Shown piece by piece: positions 18,571 to 26,691 of a DNA stretch of 64,000 nucleotides. Both the position numbers and the translations under genes were made by a program. How positions within the stretch are numbered: position 1 is the first letter of the stretch; every line of letters starts with the position of its first letter. Below the pieces are notes generated by a model. It did not search any database. It had not been told where the DNA came from and saw only the letters and a list, made by a program, of their open reading frames with translations. Source of the DNA: Sphingomonadaceae bacterium (GTDB lineage: Bacteria; Pseudomonadota; Alphaproteobacteria; Sphingomonadales; Sphingomonadaceae); the NCBI GenBank assembly GCA_965219235.1, contig OZ244721.1:2424573-2488572 (forward strand). Reading direction: 5' to 3'.

Positions 18571-19212
18571 TCACCGGCAGAAATGGCCGGGCGCCATGTC
18601 GAGGTGCAGGTGGTCGGCGTGCGCCGCGTTGTAGTCGGGCGACAGCACCGTGCCGAAGCGGCGGCAGGCGGAGTCGTGGATCAGGCGCAGGAAGCGGCGG
18701 GCGTCGTCGGCGCCGTTCCAGTCGTCCCTCACCGTCACCCGCCGGCCGTCGTCGAGCACGAAGGCGGCCACGTCGACAGCGTTGGCGCGCCCATGCTCCG
18801 ACAGGCGGTCGGACCCCGCCACCGCCCGGCAGCTGTAGGTGCCGAAGCTCTCGATCTTCGCGACCGGCCGGCCGAAGGCGATGGTCGCGGCGGGCTGCAC
18901 GGCATAGCGCGTCCAGGCGGCGAACGCGCCCGCCAGCGGGCAGGTGAGCGCGCCCAGGTTGGTCACGGGCGTGCCGATGTCGAGGAGCTTGACCGTGCCC
19001 GACAGCCCGCACCCGCCGCCGAAGGAGCGGTCGGGCAGCGCCTCGAACCGGACGCCGGCGGTCACCAGCGTGCCGAGGCACTGCTGCGTGGCCGGGGACG
19101 GACGCGGAGCCGCCGGACGCGACACCGGCCCAGGAGCCGGCCGCTCCACCGCCCGCTCGCGCGCGCAGGACGCGAGCAGCAGGGGAACCAGGAGCAGCGG
19201 GGCGAGGCGCAT
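18571..19212 (-). CDS. extensin-like C-terminal domain family lipoprotein
   Basis: Signal/lipobox LLLASC. The CGLSGTV...LTCPLAGAFAAW...SEHGRANAVDVAAF...DYNAAHADHLHLD pattern is typical of the bacterial extensin-like family. Confidence 0.75.
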   Translation of the reverse strand: MRLAPLLLVPLLLASCARERAVERPAPGPVSRPAAPRPSPATQQCLGTLVTAGVRFEALPDRSFGGGCGLSGTVKLLDIGTPVTNLGALTCPLAGAFAAWTRYAVQPAATIAFGRPVAKIESFGTYSCRAVAGSDRLSEHGRANAVDVAAFVLDDGRRVTVRDDWNGADDARRFLRLIHDSACRRFGTVLSPDYNAAHADHLHLDMAPGHFCR

Positions 19213-19284
19213 GGGGGGGGGCTGTAGAGCGACGATGGTTAACGGGACCTTCCCGGTCTCCGCACCCCCGTGCTCCCGCTGGAA

Positions 19285-19312
19285 AGCCCTCTCCCCTGAA
19301 GGGGAGAGGGCT
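19285..19312. repeat. REP-A solo hairpin
   Basis: AGCCCTCTCCCC-TGAA-GGGGAGAGGGCT, a 12-bp perfect stem, in a divergent intergenic region. Confidence 0.8.
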
Positions 19313-19329
19313 GAAGGCGCGGTTGAGGG

Positions 19330-20976
19330 ATGCGCGGCCTGTCCCTACAGCGCGCTCCCATGCCCAGCCCGACCCCCGCCAAGCTCAACGTCCGCCCCGC
19401 CACGCCCAAGGATGTGGCGGAGATCCTCGCGCTCATCGGTGAAGTCTATGTCGGGGTCGACAACTACACGCCCGGCATGATCCGCGGCCAGATCAACAAC
19501 TTTCCCGAAGGGCAGTTCGTCGCCGTCTGGGAGGGCAAGGTCGTGGGCTATTGCGCGTCGAGCCGCATCGACGAGGCGGTGGCGCTCAAGCCCCACGATT
19601 GGGAGACGATCAGCGGCAACGGCTTCGGATCGCGTCACGATCCGACCGGCGACTGGCTCTACGGCATCGAGATGGTGGTCGCCGCCAGCCAGCGCGGCCT
19701 CAGGATCGGCAAAAGGCTCTACGAGGCCAGGCGCGCATTGGCCGAAAAGCTGGAGCTGAAGGGCATCGTCTTCGGCGGCCGTCTGCCCGGCTATGCCAAG
19801 GCCAGAAAGGCGAAGAAGGCCGCCGATCCGGCCGACTATCTCGACCAGGTCCGCGCCGGCAAGCTGCGCGACCCGGTGATCAACTTCCAGCTTCAGAACG
19901 GCTTCGAGCCGCTGGGAGTGCTCGACCGCTATCTGCCCGAAGACAAGCCGTCGGCGGGCCGCGCGATCCACATGGTCTGGCGCAACCCCTATGTGGACCC
20001 GGACGAGGACCGGCGCTTCAAGGTGCCGCGCGGGGTGGACGGGGTCCGTCTTGCCACAGTCCAGCTGCAGGCGCGCGCGGTCGCCGACTTCGACGAGTTC
20101 CTGAAGCACATCGAGTATTTCGTCGATGTGGCGTCGGACTACGAGTCCGACTTCGTGGTCTTCCCGGAGCTGTTCACATTGTCGCTGTTGTCCTTTGAAA
20201 AGGACAATCTGACGCCGATGCAGGCGATCGACCGGCTGACCGAGCACACCGAGCCGCTCGTGGATGCGCTCTCCACCATGGCGCTGGCCTACAACGTCAA
20301 CATCGTCGGCGGCAGCCACCCCACCCGCACCGGGGACGGCGAGATCCAGAACATCGCCTATGTCTGCCTGCGCGACGGCTCGGTCCACGCGCAGGAGAAG
20401 ATCCACCCGACGCCCAACGAGGCCTATTGGTGGCGCATCCAGGGCGGCGACGAGGTGTCGGTGATCCAGACCGACTGCGGCCCGATCGGCGTGCTCATCT
20501 GCTACGACAGCGAGTTCCCGGAGCTCGCGAGGCGCCTGGTGGACGAGGGTGCCAAGATCATCTTCACGCCCTTCTGCACCGACACCCGCCAGGGCTATAT
20601 GCGCGTGCGCTATTGCTGCCAGGCGCGCGCGATCGAGAACCAGTGCTTCGTGGTGATGAGCGGCAATGTCGGCAACCTGCCGGGCGTGGACAACATGGAC
20701 ATCCAGTACGCGCAGTCGTGCATCATCACGCCGTGCGACTTCCCCTTCGCGCGCGACGGCGTGGCGGCCGAGGCGAGCGAGAACATCGAGGCGCTGACGA
20801 TCGCCGACGTCAACCTGTCCGACCTCGTCTGGGCGCGCGCCGAGGGCACGGTGCAGAACCTGAACGACCGCCGCTTCGACCTCTACCGCATCGACTGGAG
20901 CCGTTCGCCCCGCCCCGAAGGCAAGAGCGCGCCGCACCATCCGCCCAACACCTCGCGGACGCCGGGTGGTGGGTGA
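19330..20976 (+). CDS. bifunctional GNAT N-acetyltransferase / carbon-nitrogen hydrolase (nitrilase superfamily) fusion protein
   Basis: N-terminal ~190 aa GNAT fold (VVGYCASS...RGLRIGKRLYEAR). C-terminal CN-hydrolase with VFPELF (Glu) and LICYDSEFPE (Cys) motifs. Alternative start ATG 19360. Confidence 0.85.
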   Translation: MRGLSLQRAPMPSPTPAKLNVRPATPKDVAEILALIGEVYVGVDNYTPGMIRGQINNFPEGQFVAVWEGKVVGYCASSRIDEAVALKPHDWETISGNGFGSRHDPTGDWLYGIEMVVAASQRGLRIGKRLYEARRALAEKLELKGIVFGGRLPGYAKARKAKKAADPADYLDQVRAGKLRDPVINFQLQNGFEPLGVLDRYLPEDKPSAGRAIHMVWRNPYVDPDEDRRFKVPRGVDGVRLATVQLQARAVADFDEFLKHIEYFVDVASDYESDFVVFPELFTLSLLSFEKDNLTPMQAIDRLTEHTEPLVDALSTMALAYNVNIVGGSHPTRTGDGEIQNIAYVCLRDGSVHAQEKIHPTPNEAYWWRIQGGDEVSVIQTDCGPIGVLICYDSEFPELARRLVDEGAKIIFTPFCTDTRQGYMRVRYCCQARAIENQCFVVMSGNVGNLPGVDNMDIQYAQSCIITPCDFPFARDGVAAEASENIEALTIADVNLSDLVWARAEGTVQNLNDRRFDLYRIDWSRSPRPEGKSAPHHPPNTSRTPGGG

Positions 20977-21001
20977 GGCGAGACGGGTTCTTCAACCACA
21001 A

Positions 21002-21094
21002 CCGCTCAGGCTGAGCCTGTCGAAGCCCGGGTGGGTTCAGGCGTCCTGTCTGCGGAGCGGAGGAGAGAGGCTTCGACAGGCTCAGCCTGAGCGG
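21002..21094. repeat. REP-E palindromic repeat, copy 1
   Basis: Perfect 26-nt arms CCGCTCAGGCTGAGCCTGTCGAAGCC / GGCTTCGACAGGCTCAGCCTGAGCGG around a 41-nt centre. Confidence 0.85.
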
Positions 21095-21114
21095 ATTTGG
21101 GGAACCGTCCTGTC

Positions 21115-21783
21115 ATGACCCCGCGCACCCTGCTGGCCACAGCCCGCATTCCCGGCGGGGGCGAGCTGCGCCTCGTCGAGCGCGGCGGCGACCACATGAT
21201 CCTGCTCGACCGCAACGAGCTGATGACCACGCGCATGAGCGGGTCGGAGGCGGCGCTGGCCACGCTGACGCTCGACCGGCTGGCCGCGCCCGCCCCGCGC
21301 CTGCTGATCGGCGGCTACGGCCTGGGCTTCACGCTGCGCGCGGCGCTCGCGAAGCTCGGACCAGAGGCGCGGGTGCGGGTGGTGGAGCTGGTGCCGGAGG
21401 TCCTCGATTGGGCACGGGGGCCGATGGCGGCGCTGACCGCCGGGTGCCTGGACGATCCGCGCGTGCGCGTGGCCATCGGCGATGTGGCGGACTCGATCGC
21501 CGGCGAGGCGGGGACGCTCGACGCCATCCTGCTCGACGTGGACAACGGCCCGGACGGTATCGTGCGGCGGGGCAATGACCGGCTCTATTCGGCGCGGGGG
21601 CTGGCGGTGGCGAAGGCGGCGCTGAGGCCGGCCGGCGTGCTGGCGGTGTGGAGCGCCGCGCCCGACCCCCGCTTCGCGCGGCGCCTGCGCGACGCCGGCT
21701 TCGCGGTGGAGGAGGTGGCGGTGCGCGCGCGGGCCAACGGCAAGGGGCCGCGGCACGTGATCTGGTTCGCGCGGCGGGGCTGA
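21115..21783 (+). CDS. spermidine synthase-like class I SAM-dependent methyltransferase
   Basis: ATG 21115 within ORF 21097..21783. LIGGYGLGFTLRAAL (GxGxG-like) and ILLDVDNGP motifs. The family assignment is by pattern only. Confidence 0.65.
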   Translation: MTPRTLLATARIPGGGELRLVERGGDHMILLDRNELMTTRMSGSEAALATLTLDRLAAPAPRLLIGGYGLGFTLRAALAKLGPEARVRVVELVPEVLDWARGPMAALTAGCLDDPRVRVAIGDVADSIAGEAGTLDAILLDVDNGPDGIVRRGNDRLYSARGLAVAKAALRPAGVLAVWSAAPDPRFARRLRDAGFAVEEVAVRARANGKGPRHVIWFARRG

Positions 21784-21828
21784 GCGCATCCTTCTGCGGC
21801 GAAGCGCGCCGGGGGGCGGGATCGGGAG

Positions 21829-21915
21829 TGGTGCGGCCAAGAAGACTCGAACTTCCACGGGCTTTCGCCCACAACGACCTCAACGTTGCGCGTCTACCAA
21901 TTCCGCCATGGCCGC
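21829..21915 (-). tRNA. tRNA-Leu (anticodon GAG)
   Basis: 87 nt, GCGGCCATGGCGGAATTGGTAGACGCGCAACGTTGAGGTCGTTGTGGGCGAAAGCCCGTGGAAGTTCGAGTCTTCTTGGCCGCACCA. Acceptor GCGGCCA/TGGCCGC. Anticodon stem CAACG/CGTTG with loop TTGAGGT. Long variable arm, T loop TTCGAGT, encoded CCA. Confidence 0.9.
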
Positions 21916-22022
21916 ACGGCAGGTGCGCGCGCTAGCAGAGCGGGTGGCACGGGGCAACGGGGCGCGGCGGGGAGCGTCTCCGCCTTGAACCGGCTTTGCA
22001 TCTGGAGCTGGCCCGGCAAGCC

Positions 22023-22040
22023 CCTCCCCTGAAGGGGAGG
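22023..22040. repeat. REP-A-like solo hairpin
   Basis: CCTCCCC-TGAA-GGGGAGG, 18 nt downstream of the zinc-ribbon gene stop. Confidence 0.6.
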
Positions 22041-22057
22041 AAGGAGCGAAGCCGCCC

Positions 22058-22783
22058 TCAGCGCCCCGCCGCGTCGAACGACAGGAAGACGTCGGTGATC
22101 TTGTCGGTGGCCCCGGCCTGGGCGTTGTTGTAGGGGATCGTCTCGCCCGGTCCGATGCGGCCCCGGGGCGGCGGGAAGGTCCAGCTGTAGATCACTCGCC
22201 CGTTGGCGTCGACGCCCTCCGCCAGGATCGGGGGGATCGCCTGCTCGGCGTCCGACACGTTGCGGATGTTGCCGCTGATCATCAGGATGTTGCGCGCGTC
22301 GCCGATGCGCTGGTGGTCCGTCACGCCGGTGATCAGCAGCGGGCTCTCGCCGGTCGCGGGCAGCCCCAGCGCGGCCGCGATCGGCGCGCGCCCGACCCAC
22401 CAGGCGGCGGCCCCCAGGGCGAGCAGCAGCGCCGCCAGCCCGCCCGCGATCCAGCTCCAGGTGCGCAGCGGGTTGCGGCGGCGGGCAAAGGGCGGGCGGT
22501 GGTCCATGACGCCGGCGCGCTCCGGCGGGGCGGGCGCCGGCCGGTTGCTCATCGGCCGTGGCTCGCGCGGGGCGATCGACGGCGGCACCGGCGGCAGGGA
22601 TCGGGCGGGGGGAGGGGCGGCGACACGCGCGGCGGGCGCCGCCCCTCCCCCCGCCCCGGCCTCCGCCGGATCCTGGTGCCAGCTGTGGCGGCAGTTGGCG
22701 CAGCGCACCTGGCGTCCCGTGGGCGGGATCGCGGTGTCGGGCACCAGATAGCGCATGGCGCAGGCGGGACAGGTGAGGATCAT
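22058..22783 (-). CDS. MJ0042-type zinc-ribbon domain protein with one TM segment
   Basis: ATG 22783 inside ORF 22058..22855. MILTCPACAMRYLVPDTAIPPTGRQVRCANCRHSW (two CxxC pairs), Pro-rich linker, TM WSWIAGGLAALLLALGAAAWW. Divergent from ftsE. Confidence 0.7.
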   Translation of the reverse strand: MILTCPACAMRYLVPDTAIPPTGRQVRCANCRHSWHQDPAEAGAGGGAAPAARVAAPPPARSLPPVPPSIAPREPRPMSNRPAPAPPERAGVMDHRPPFARRRNPLRTWSWIAGGLAALLLALGAAAWWVGRAPIAAALGLPATGESPLLITGVTDHQRIGDARNILMISGNIRNVSDAEQAIPPILAEGVDANGRVIYSWTFPPPRGRIGPGETIPYNNAQAGATDKITDVFLSFDAAGR

Positions 22784-22970
22784 GGGCGGCGGCGGGCGCT
22801 TCGCTGGCTCGAGGGATCGCGCGCCCTCAAAGCACGCGCGGGCCGGGGCTGGCAAGGGCGCGCTCCCGCACGCCGCGCGGGCCGGACGCTTGGCGGCGGG
22901 CGGCGGCCTGTGCCATGACGACCCTCATGGCCTCCCGGTCCACCGCCCCCGCCCCCCTCCACGCCCGCGC

Positions 22971-23681
22971 GTGAGCGGCACCGTCCAGTTCGAGGGCGTG
23001 GGCCTGCGCTACGGCATGGGGGCGGAGGTGCTGTCCGACATCTCCTTCTCGCTCGGCCCCGGCTCCTTCTCGTTCCTGACCGGCGCGTCGGGGGCGGGCA
23101 AGACCTCGCTCCTGAAGCTGCTCTACCTCGCCCACCTGCCGTCCCGCGGCGCGATCCGGCTGTTCGGCGACGACGTGGTGGCGATGGCGCGCGAGCGGCT
23201 GCCGGAGTACCGGCGGCGGATCGGCGTGGTGTTCCAGGACTTCCGCCTGCTCCCCCACCTGTCGGTGCGCGACAACGTGGCGCTGCCCTTGCGCGTCGCC
23301 GGGCTGGACGGCGAGGCGGTGGACCGGCCGGTGGACGAGCTGATCGGCTGGGTCGGCCTGGGGGACCGCGCCGACGCGCGGCCCGCCACCTTGTCGGGCG
23401 GCGAGCAGCAGCGCGCGGCGATCGCGCGGGCCGTGATCGGCAAGCCGCGCATCCTGGTCGCCGACGAGCCCACCGGCAACGTCGATCCCGACATGGCCGG
23501 CCGCCTGCTCCACCTGTTCGAGATGCTCAACCGGCTGGGCACGACGATCGTGGTGGCGACCCACGACATCCACCTGCTGAACCGCGTGCCGGGCGCGCAG
23601 ATGATGCGCCTGGTGGACGGCCGCCTGTCCGACCCCACCGGCCAGCTGCGCCACCCGCTGCCCGCGCGGTCCCGGACGTGA
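22971..23681 (+). CDS. ftsE: cell division ATP-binding protein FtsE
   Basis: GTG 22971 inside ORF 22755..23681. Walker A GASGAGKTS, signature LSGGEQQR, Walker B ILVADEPT. Confidence 0.9.
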   Translation: MSGTVQFEGVGLRYGMGAEVLSDISFSLGPGSFSFLTGASGAGKTSLLKLLYLAHLPSRGAIRLFGDDVVAMARERLPEYRRRIGVVFQDFRLLPHLSVRDNVALPLRVAGLDGEAVDRPVDELIGWVGLGDRADARPATLSGGEQQRAAIARAVIGKPRILVADEPTGNVDPDMAGRLLHLFEMLNRLGTTIVVATHDIHLLNRVPGAQMMRLVDGRLSDPTGQLRHPLPARSRT

Positions 23682-24619
23682 GCGCGCCGCGCGCGCTGCC
23701 GCCCGGCGGCGTCGAGCGGCTGCTGAGCGGCAGCCGGCTGTCGACCACCATGCCGTGGATCCTGGGCGTCATGCTGGCGCTCGCCACGCTGGCCACCGGC
23801 GCGGCGCTGTCCGGCGCGCTCGCCGCCCTGTCGCTGCGCGACGCCTTGAGCGAGCGGCTGACGGTGCAGGTGGTGGAGGGCGATCCGGCGCGCCGGTCCG
23901 CCGTCGCGGTGCGCGCGCTGGCGCTGCTGCAGGGCGACCGGCGGGTGGCGCGCGCCGAGCTGGTGCCCGATGCGCGAGTGCGCGAGCTGATCGCCCCCTA
24001 CCTCGGCACCGAGGAGCTCGATCCCGAGCTGCCCGTGCCCGCGCTGATCGACGTGACGCTCGCCGCCGGGGGGCGCGTCGCCGCGGAGCGCGCCGCCGGA
24101 CGCCTGGCCGGCCGGCTCGCCGCGCTCTCCGGCGCGGTGCGGGTCGACCGCAGCGTCGAATGGGCGCGGCCGGTCAGCCGCTTCCTGACGCTGTCGGCGG
24201 GCCTGGCGCTCACCGTGCTGCTGCTGGCGGTCGCGGCGACCACCGCGGCGGTGGTGCTCGCCGCGCGCGCCGCGCTCGACGCGCACGGCTCCACCATCGC
24301 CACGCTGCACCTGCTGGGCGCGACCGACGCGCAGGTCTCGCGCCTGTTCGAGCGGCGCGTGGCGCGCGACGGGCTGGCGGGCGTCGCGGTCGGCTACGCG
24401 CTCGGCCTGGCGCTGTTCGCGCTGGCGGCCGACCGCACCGCGCGGCTGGCGGATGGCTTCAGCGTCGCCGGGGCCGGGGGCGACGGCGCGGGGGTGGCGG
24501 GCGTGCCGACCCGCTGGCTGGTCGCGGCCGCCACCGCGCTGGTGCCGCTGGGCGCGATGGCGCTCACCCGCCTGTCGACCCGCTGGACGGTGCTGGCGGC
24601 GCTGAGGGCGATGCGGTGA
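23678..24619 (+). CDS. ftsX: cell division permease-like protein FtsX
   Basis: GTGA overlap with ftsE. N-terminal TM, periplasmic domain, then three C-terminal TM segments. Position immediately after ftsE. Confidence 0.8.
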   Translation: MSAPRALPPGGVERLLSGSRLSTTMPWILGVMLALATLATGAALSGALAALSLRDALSERLTVQVVEGDPARRSAVAVRALALLQGDRRVARAELVPDARVRELIAPYLGTEELDPELPVPALIDVTLAAGGRVAAERAAGRLAGRLAALSGAVRVDRSVEWARPVSRFLTLSAGLALTVLLLAVAATTAAVVLAARAALDAHGSTIATLHLLGATDAQVSRLFERRVARDGLAGVAVGYALGLALFALAADRTARLADGFSVAGAGGDGAGVAGVPTRWLVAAATALVPLGAMALTRLSTRWTVLAALRAMR

Positions 24620-25167
24620 TCTGGCGCGCGCTGTCGGTGCCGCTGCTCGTCTGGCTGCTGGGCTTCGCGGTGTTCGCGGTGACGCTGCCCGGCCCGCAGA
24701 CGACCGACGTGCCGGGCGAGGCGGCGATCGTCTTCACCGGCGGTCCCAAGCGCATCCCGCGCGGGCTGGACGAGCTCGGGCGCGGCGAGGTCGCGCGCCT
24801 GTTCGTCTCCGGCGTCGCGCGCGAGGTGCGGCCGCGCGAACTGGCGGCGGAGTACGGCGTGTCCGAACGCCTGTTCGCCTGCTGCGTCGAGCTGGGGCAC
24901 GAGGCCGGGGACACGCGCGGCAACGCGGTGGAGGCGGCCGCCTGGCTCGCCCGGCGCCGCGTCGCCCGCGCGCGGCTGATCACCACCGACTGGCACATGC
25001 CGCGCGCCGCCTTCGAGCTGAGGCGCGAGGTCGGCCGCGGCGTGCGCGTGCGGGTCGACGCGGTGCCCAGCGAACCCTCGCTGTGGTCGCTGTGGACGGA
25101 GTACAACAAATACGCGCTGCGCCGGATCGCGGTGCTGGTGGAGGACGGCGCTGCGCTCGTCCGCTGA
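24616..25167 (+). CDS. YdcF/ElyC/SanA (DUF218) family protein
   Basis: GTG 24616 (GTGA overlap with ftsX) within ORF 23755..25167. N-terminal TM, IVFTGG and ITTDWHMPRA motifs typical of DUF218. Confidence 0.75.
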   Translation: MIWRALSVPLLVWLLGFAVFAVTLPGPQTTDVPGEAAIVFTGGPKRIPRGLDELGRGEVARLFVSGVAREVRPRELAAEYGVSERLFACCVELGHEAGDTRGNAVEAAAWLARRRVARARLITTDWHMPRAAFELRREVGRGVRVRVDAVPSEPSLWSLWTEYNKYALRRIAVLVEDGAALVR

Positions 25168-25204
25168 CCTCGTCGCCTTTGCGCGCTCCTGCCTGTTCGC
25201 GGCG

Positions 25205-25858
25205 GTGTTCTATCCGGGATCGGTGCCGATCGTGCTCGCGGCGGCGGCGGTGGCGCCGGTGTCGGAGCGCGGATTGGCCATCATGGCGCGGGTGTGGAGC
25301 CGCTTCCACGCCGGCTGCGCGCGCCGGCTGCTGGGCATCGCCACGCGCATCGAGGGCGAGTGGCCGTCCGGCCCGGTGCTCGTCGTCCTGAAGCACGAGG
25401 CGATGTGGGAAACGATCGAGCTGCCCCGCCTGTTCGACCGCCCGCTGATCTTCGCCAAGGCGGAGCTGCGCCGCGTGCCCGTCTGGGGCTGGCTGGGCGA
25501 ACGCTACGCCCTGGTGATGATCGACCGCGAGGGCGGGGCGGCCACGCTGCGCGCGATGAAGGCGCTGGCGGCGCGCGCGGTGACGGAGGACCGCACGCTG
25601 GTGCTGCTGCCGGAGGGCACCCGCGTGCCGCATGGAGAAAGCCCGCCGCTGAAATCGGGCTTCGCGGGTCTCTACACGCTGCTGCGCCTGCCGGTGGTGC
25701 CGATCGCGGTGGACAGCGGCCGGCTGAGCCCCAAGGGCAGCTTCGTCAAGCGGCCGGGCACCATCACCTTCCGGGTGGGCGAGACGATCCCGCCGGGCCT
25801 GCCCCGCGCGGAGGCGGAACGCCGCGCGCACGCGGCCATCAACGCGCTGAACGGGTGA
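25205..25858 (+). CDS. plsC: lysophospholipid (1-acyl-sn-glycerol-3-phosphate) acyltransferase family protein
   Basis: KHEAMWET (HX4D/E-type block) and LLPEGTR blocks of the PlsC family. The hydrophobic N-terminus probably begins upstream of the first canonical start, so the start is uncertain. Confidence 0.75.
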   Translation: MFYPGSVPIVLAAAAVAPVSERGLAIMARVWSRFHAGCARRLLGIATRIEGEWPSGPVLVVLKHEAMWETIELPRLFDRPLIFAKAELRRVPVWGWLGERYALVMIDREGGAATLRAMKALAARAVTEDRTLVLLPEGTRVPHGESPPLKSGFAGLYTLLRLPVVPIAVDSGRLSPKGSFVKRPGTITFRVGETIPPGLPRAEAERRAHAAINALNG

Positions 25859-25890
25859 GGGGGGACGCGGCGCGCGCGGGCGGTCCAGGC

Positions 25891-25972
25891 CGGATGACAT
25901 TGGATGTGACCAGCCCCGTCTTTGCGAGCGAAGCGAAGCAATCCAGACCGGCGCAAGCATCCTGGATCGCCG
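25891..25972. repeat. REP-D copy 3, left part (interrupted by the cassette)
   Basis: CGGATGACATTGGATG...TTTGCGAGCGAAGCGAAGCAATCCAG-ACCGGCGCAAGCATC-CTGGATCGCCG, then the sequence breaks into the cassette. Confidence 0.75.
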
Positions 25973-26607
25973 GTAGTGTCTCAGTTTGAATATGGCGGTT
26001 GGATCAGGTGCACTGGAGAGGGCGAAGCAAGCGACGCATGAACACCGTCCCTTCCACGGGAGTCGCGTAGTAGGGTTGCATCGTCACGAAGCCGAGCTTC
26101 TGATAAAGCGCTTGAGCCCCCGCCATCGAGGGAAGAGTATCGAGCCTCATTTCACAATAACCAATTCGCTCGGCCACGCTCACGAGAACCTCAACCAACG
26201 CCCGTCCGAGGCCTGATCCGCGACTCTCTGCGGAGACATAGAGGCGCTTCATCTCGCAGCAGCCCTCGGGTTCAATCGAACGTAAGCCCACGCAACCGAG
26301 CACCTTGTCAGCGTCACGAGCTAGCAGCAATTCACCCCTCGGCGGCCCATAGCGGCCCGGCATAGCGTCCATCTCTGTCTCGAAGTTTTGGTAGGCGAGA
26401 TCTACGTCGAGAGAAGCCGCATAGGCTCGCAACAGTTCGATCGTGGCGGCCAGATCGGCGTCTGTCCTGACGGGAGTCACGCGATAAATACGATGCTCGT
26501 CCATGGTGGCTAGCTCATTCTCCGTTCTCTAGGGCGGCCAGAGCCGGCAGAAGCCCGGGCAAGCCAACCAGAGCGATCAGCCGATACATATCAAACTGAG
26601 TCACTAC
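25973..26607. mobile_element. 635-bp transposase-less cassette (mobile-insertion-cassette-like) carrying one GNAT gene
   Basis: Imperfect ~22-bp terminal inverted repeats: GTAGTGTCTCAGTTTGAATATG (25973-25994) versus the reverse complement of 26586-26607, GTAGTGACTCAGTTTGATATG. Flanked by 10-bp direct repeats TGGATCGCCG (25963-25972) / TGGATTGCCG (26608-26617), which duplicate the start of the REP-D right arm. Visibly lower GC than the flanks. Confidence 0.6.
26004..26504 (-). CDS. GNAT family N-acetyltransferase (cargo of the cassette)
   Basis: 166 aa. Acetyl-CoA binding block RGSGLGRALV (Q/RxxGxG/A) and ALYQKLGF C-terminal motif. Codon usage is noticeably AT-richer than neighbouring genes. 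Confidence 0.85.
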   Translation of the reverse strand: MDEHRIYRVTPVRTDADLAATIELLRAYAASLDVDLAYQNFETEMDAMPGRYGPPRGELLLARDADKVLGCVGLRSIEPEGCCEMKRLYVSAESRGSGLGRALVEVLVSVAERIGYCEMRLDTLPSMAGAQALYQKLGFVTMQPYYATPVEGTVFMRRLLRPLQCT

Positions 26608-26664
26608 TGGATTGCCGCGTCGCTCCGCTCCTCGCAATGACGAATTGCCGTGACGTCATCCCGC
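26608..26664. repeat. REP-D copy 3, right part
   Basis: TGGATTGCCGCGTCGCTCCGCTCCTCGCAATGACG...GTGACGTCATCCCG. Continues the repeat exactly where the left part stopped. Confidence 0.75.
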
Positions 26665-26691
26665 TTGGTCGCGGCGGCGAGACGGGCTCCC

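Noticed and set aside
21784-22057. Genomic island integrated at tRNA-Leu
   Set aside because: There is no integrase, no duplicated tRNA 3' end, and both flanking genes have host-like GC and housekeeping-type functions.
25973-26607. Integron gene cassette with attC as an explanation for the single-gene GNAT insert
   Set aside because: I saw no GTTRRRY core or RYYYAAC inverse core at the boundaries, and there is no integrase or cassette array nearby. Terminal inverted repeats plus a 10-bp duplication fit transposition better.
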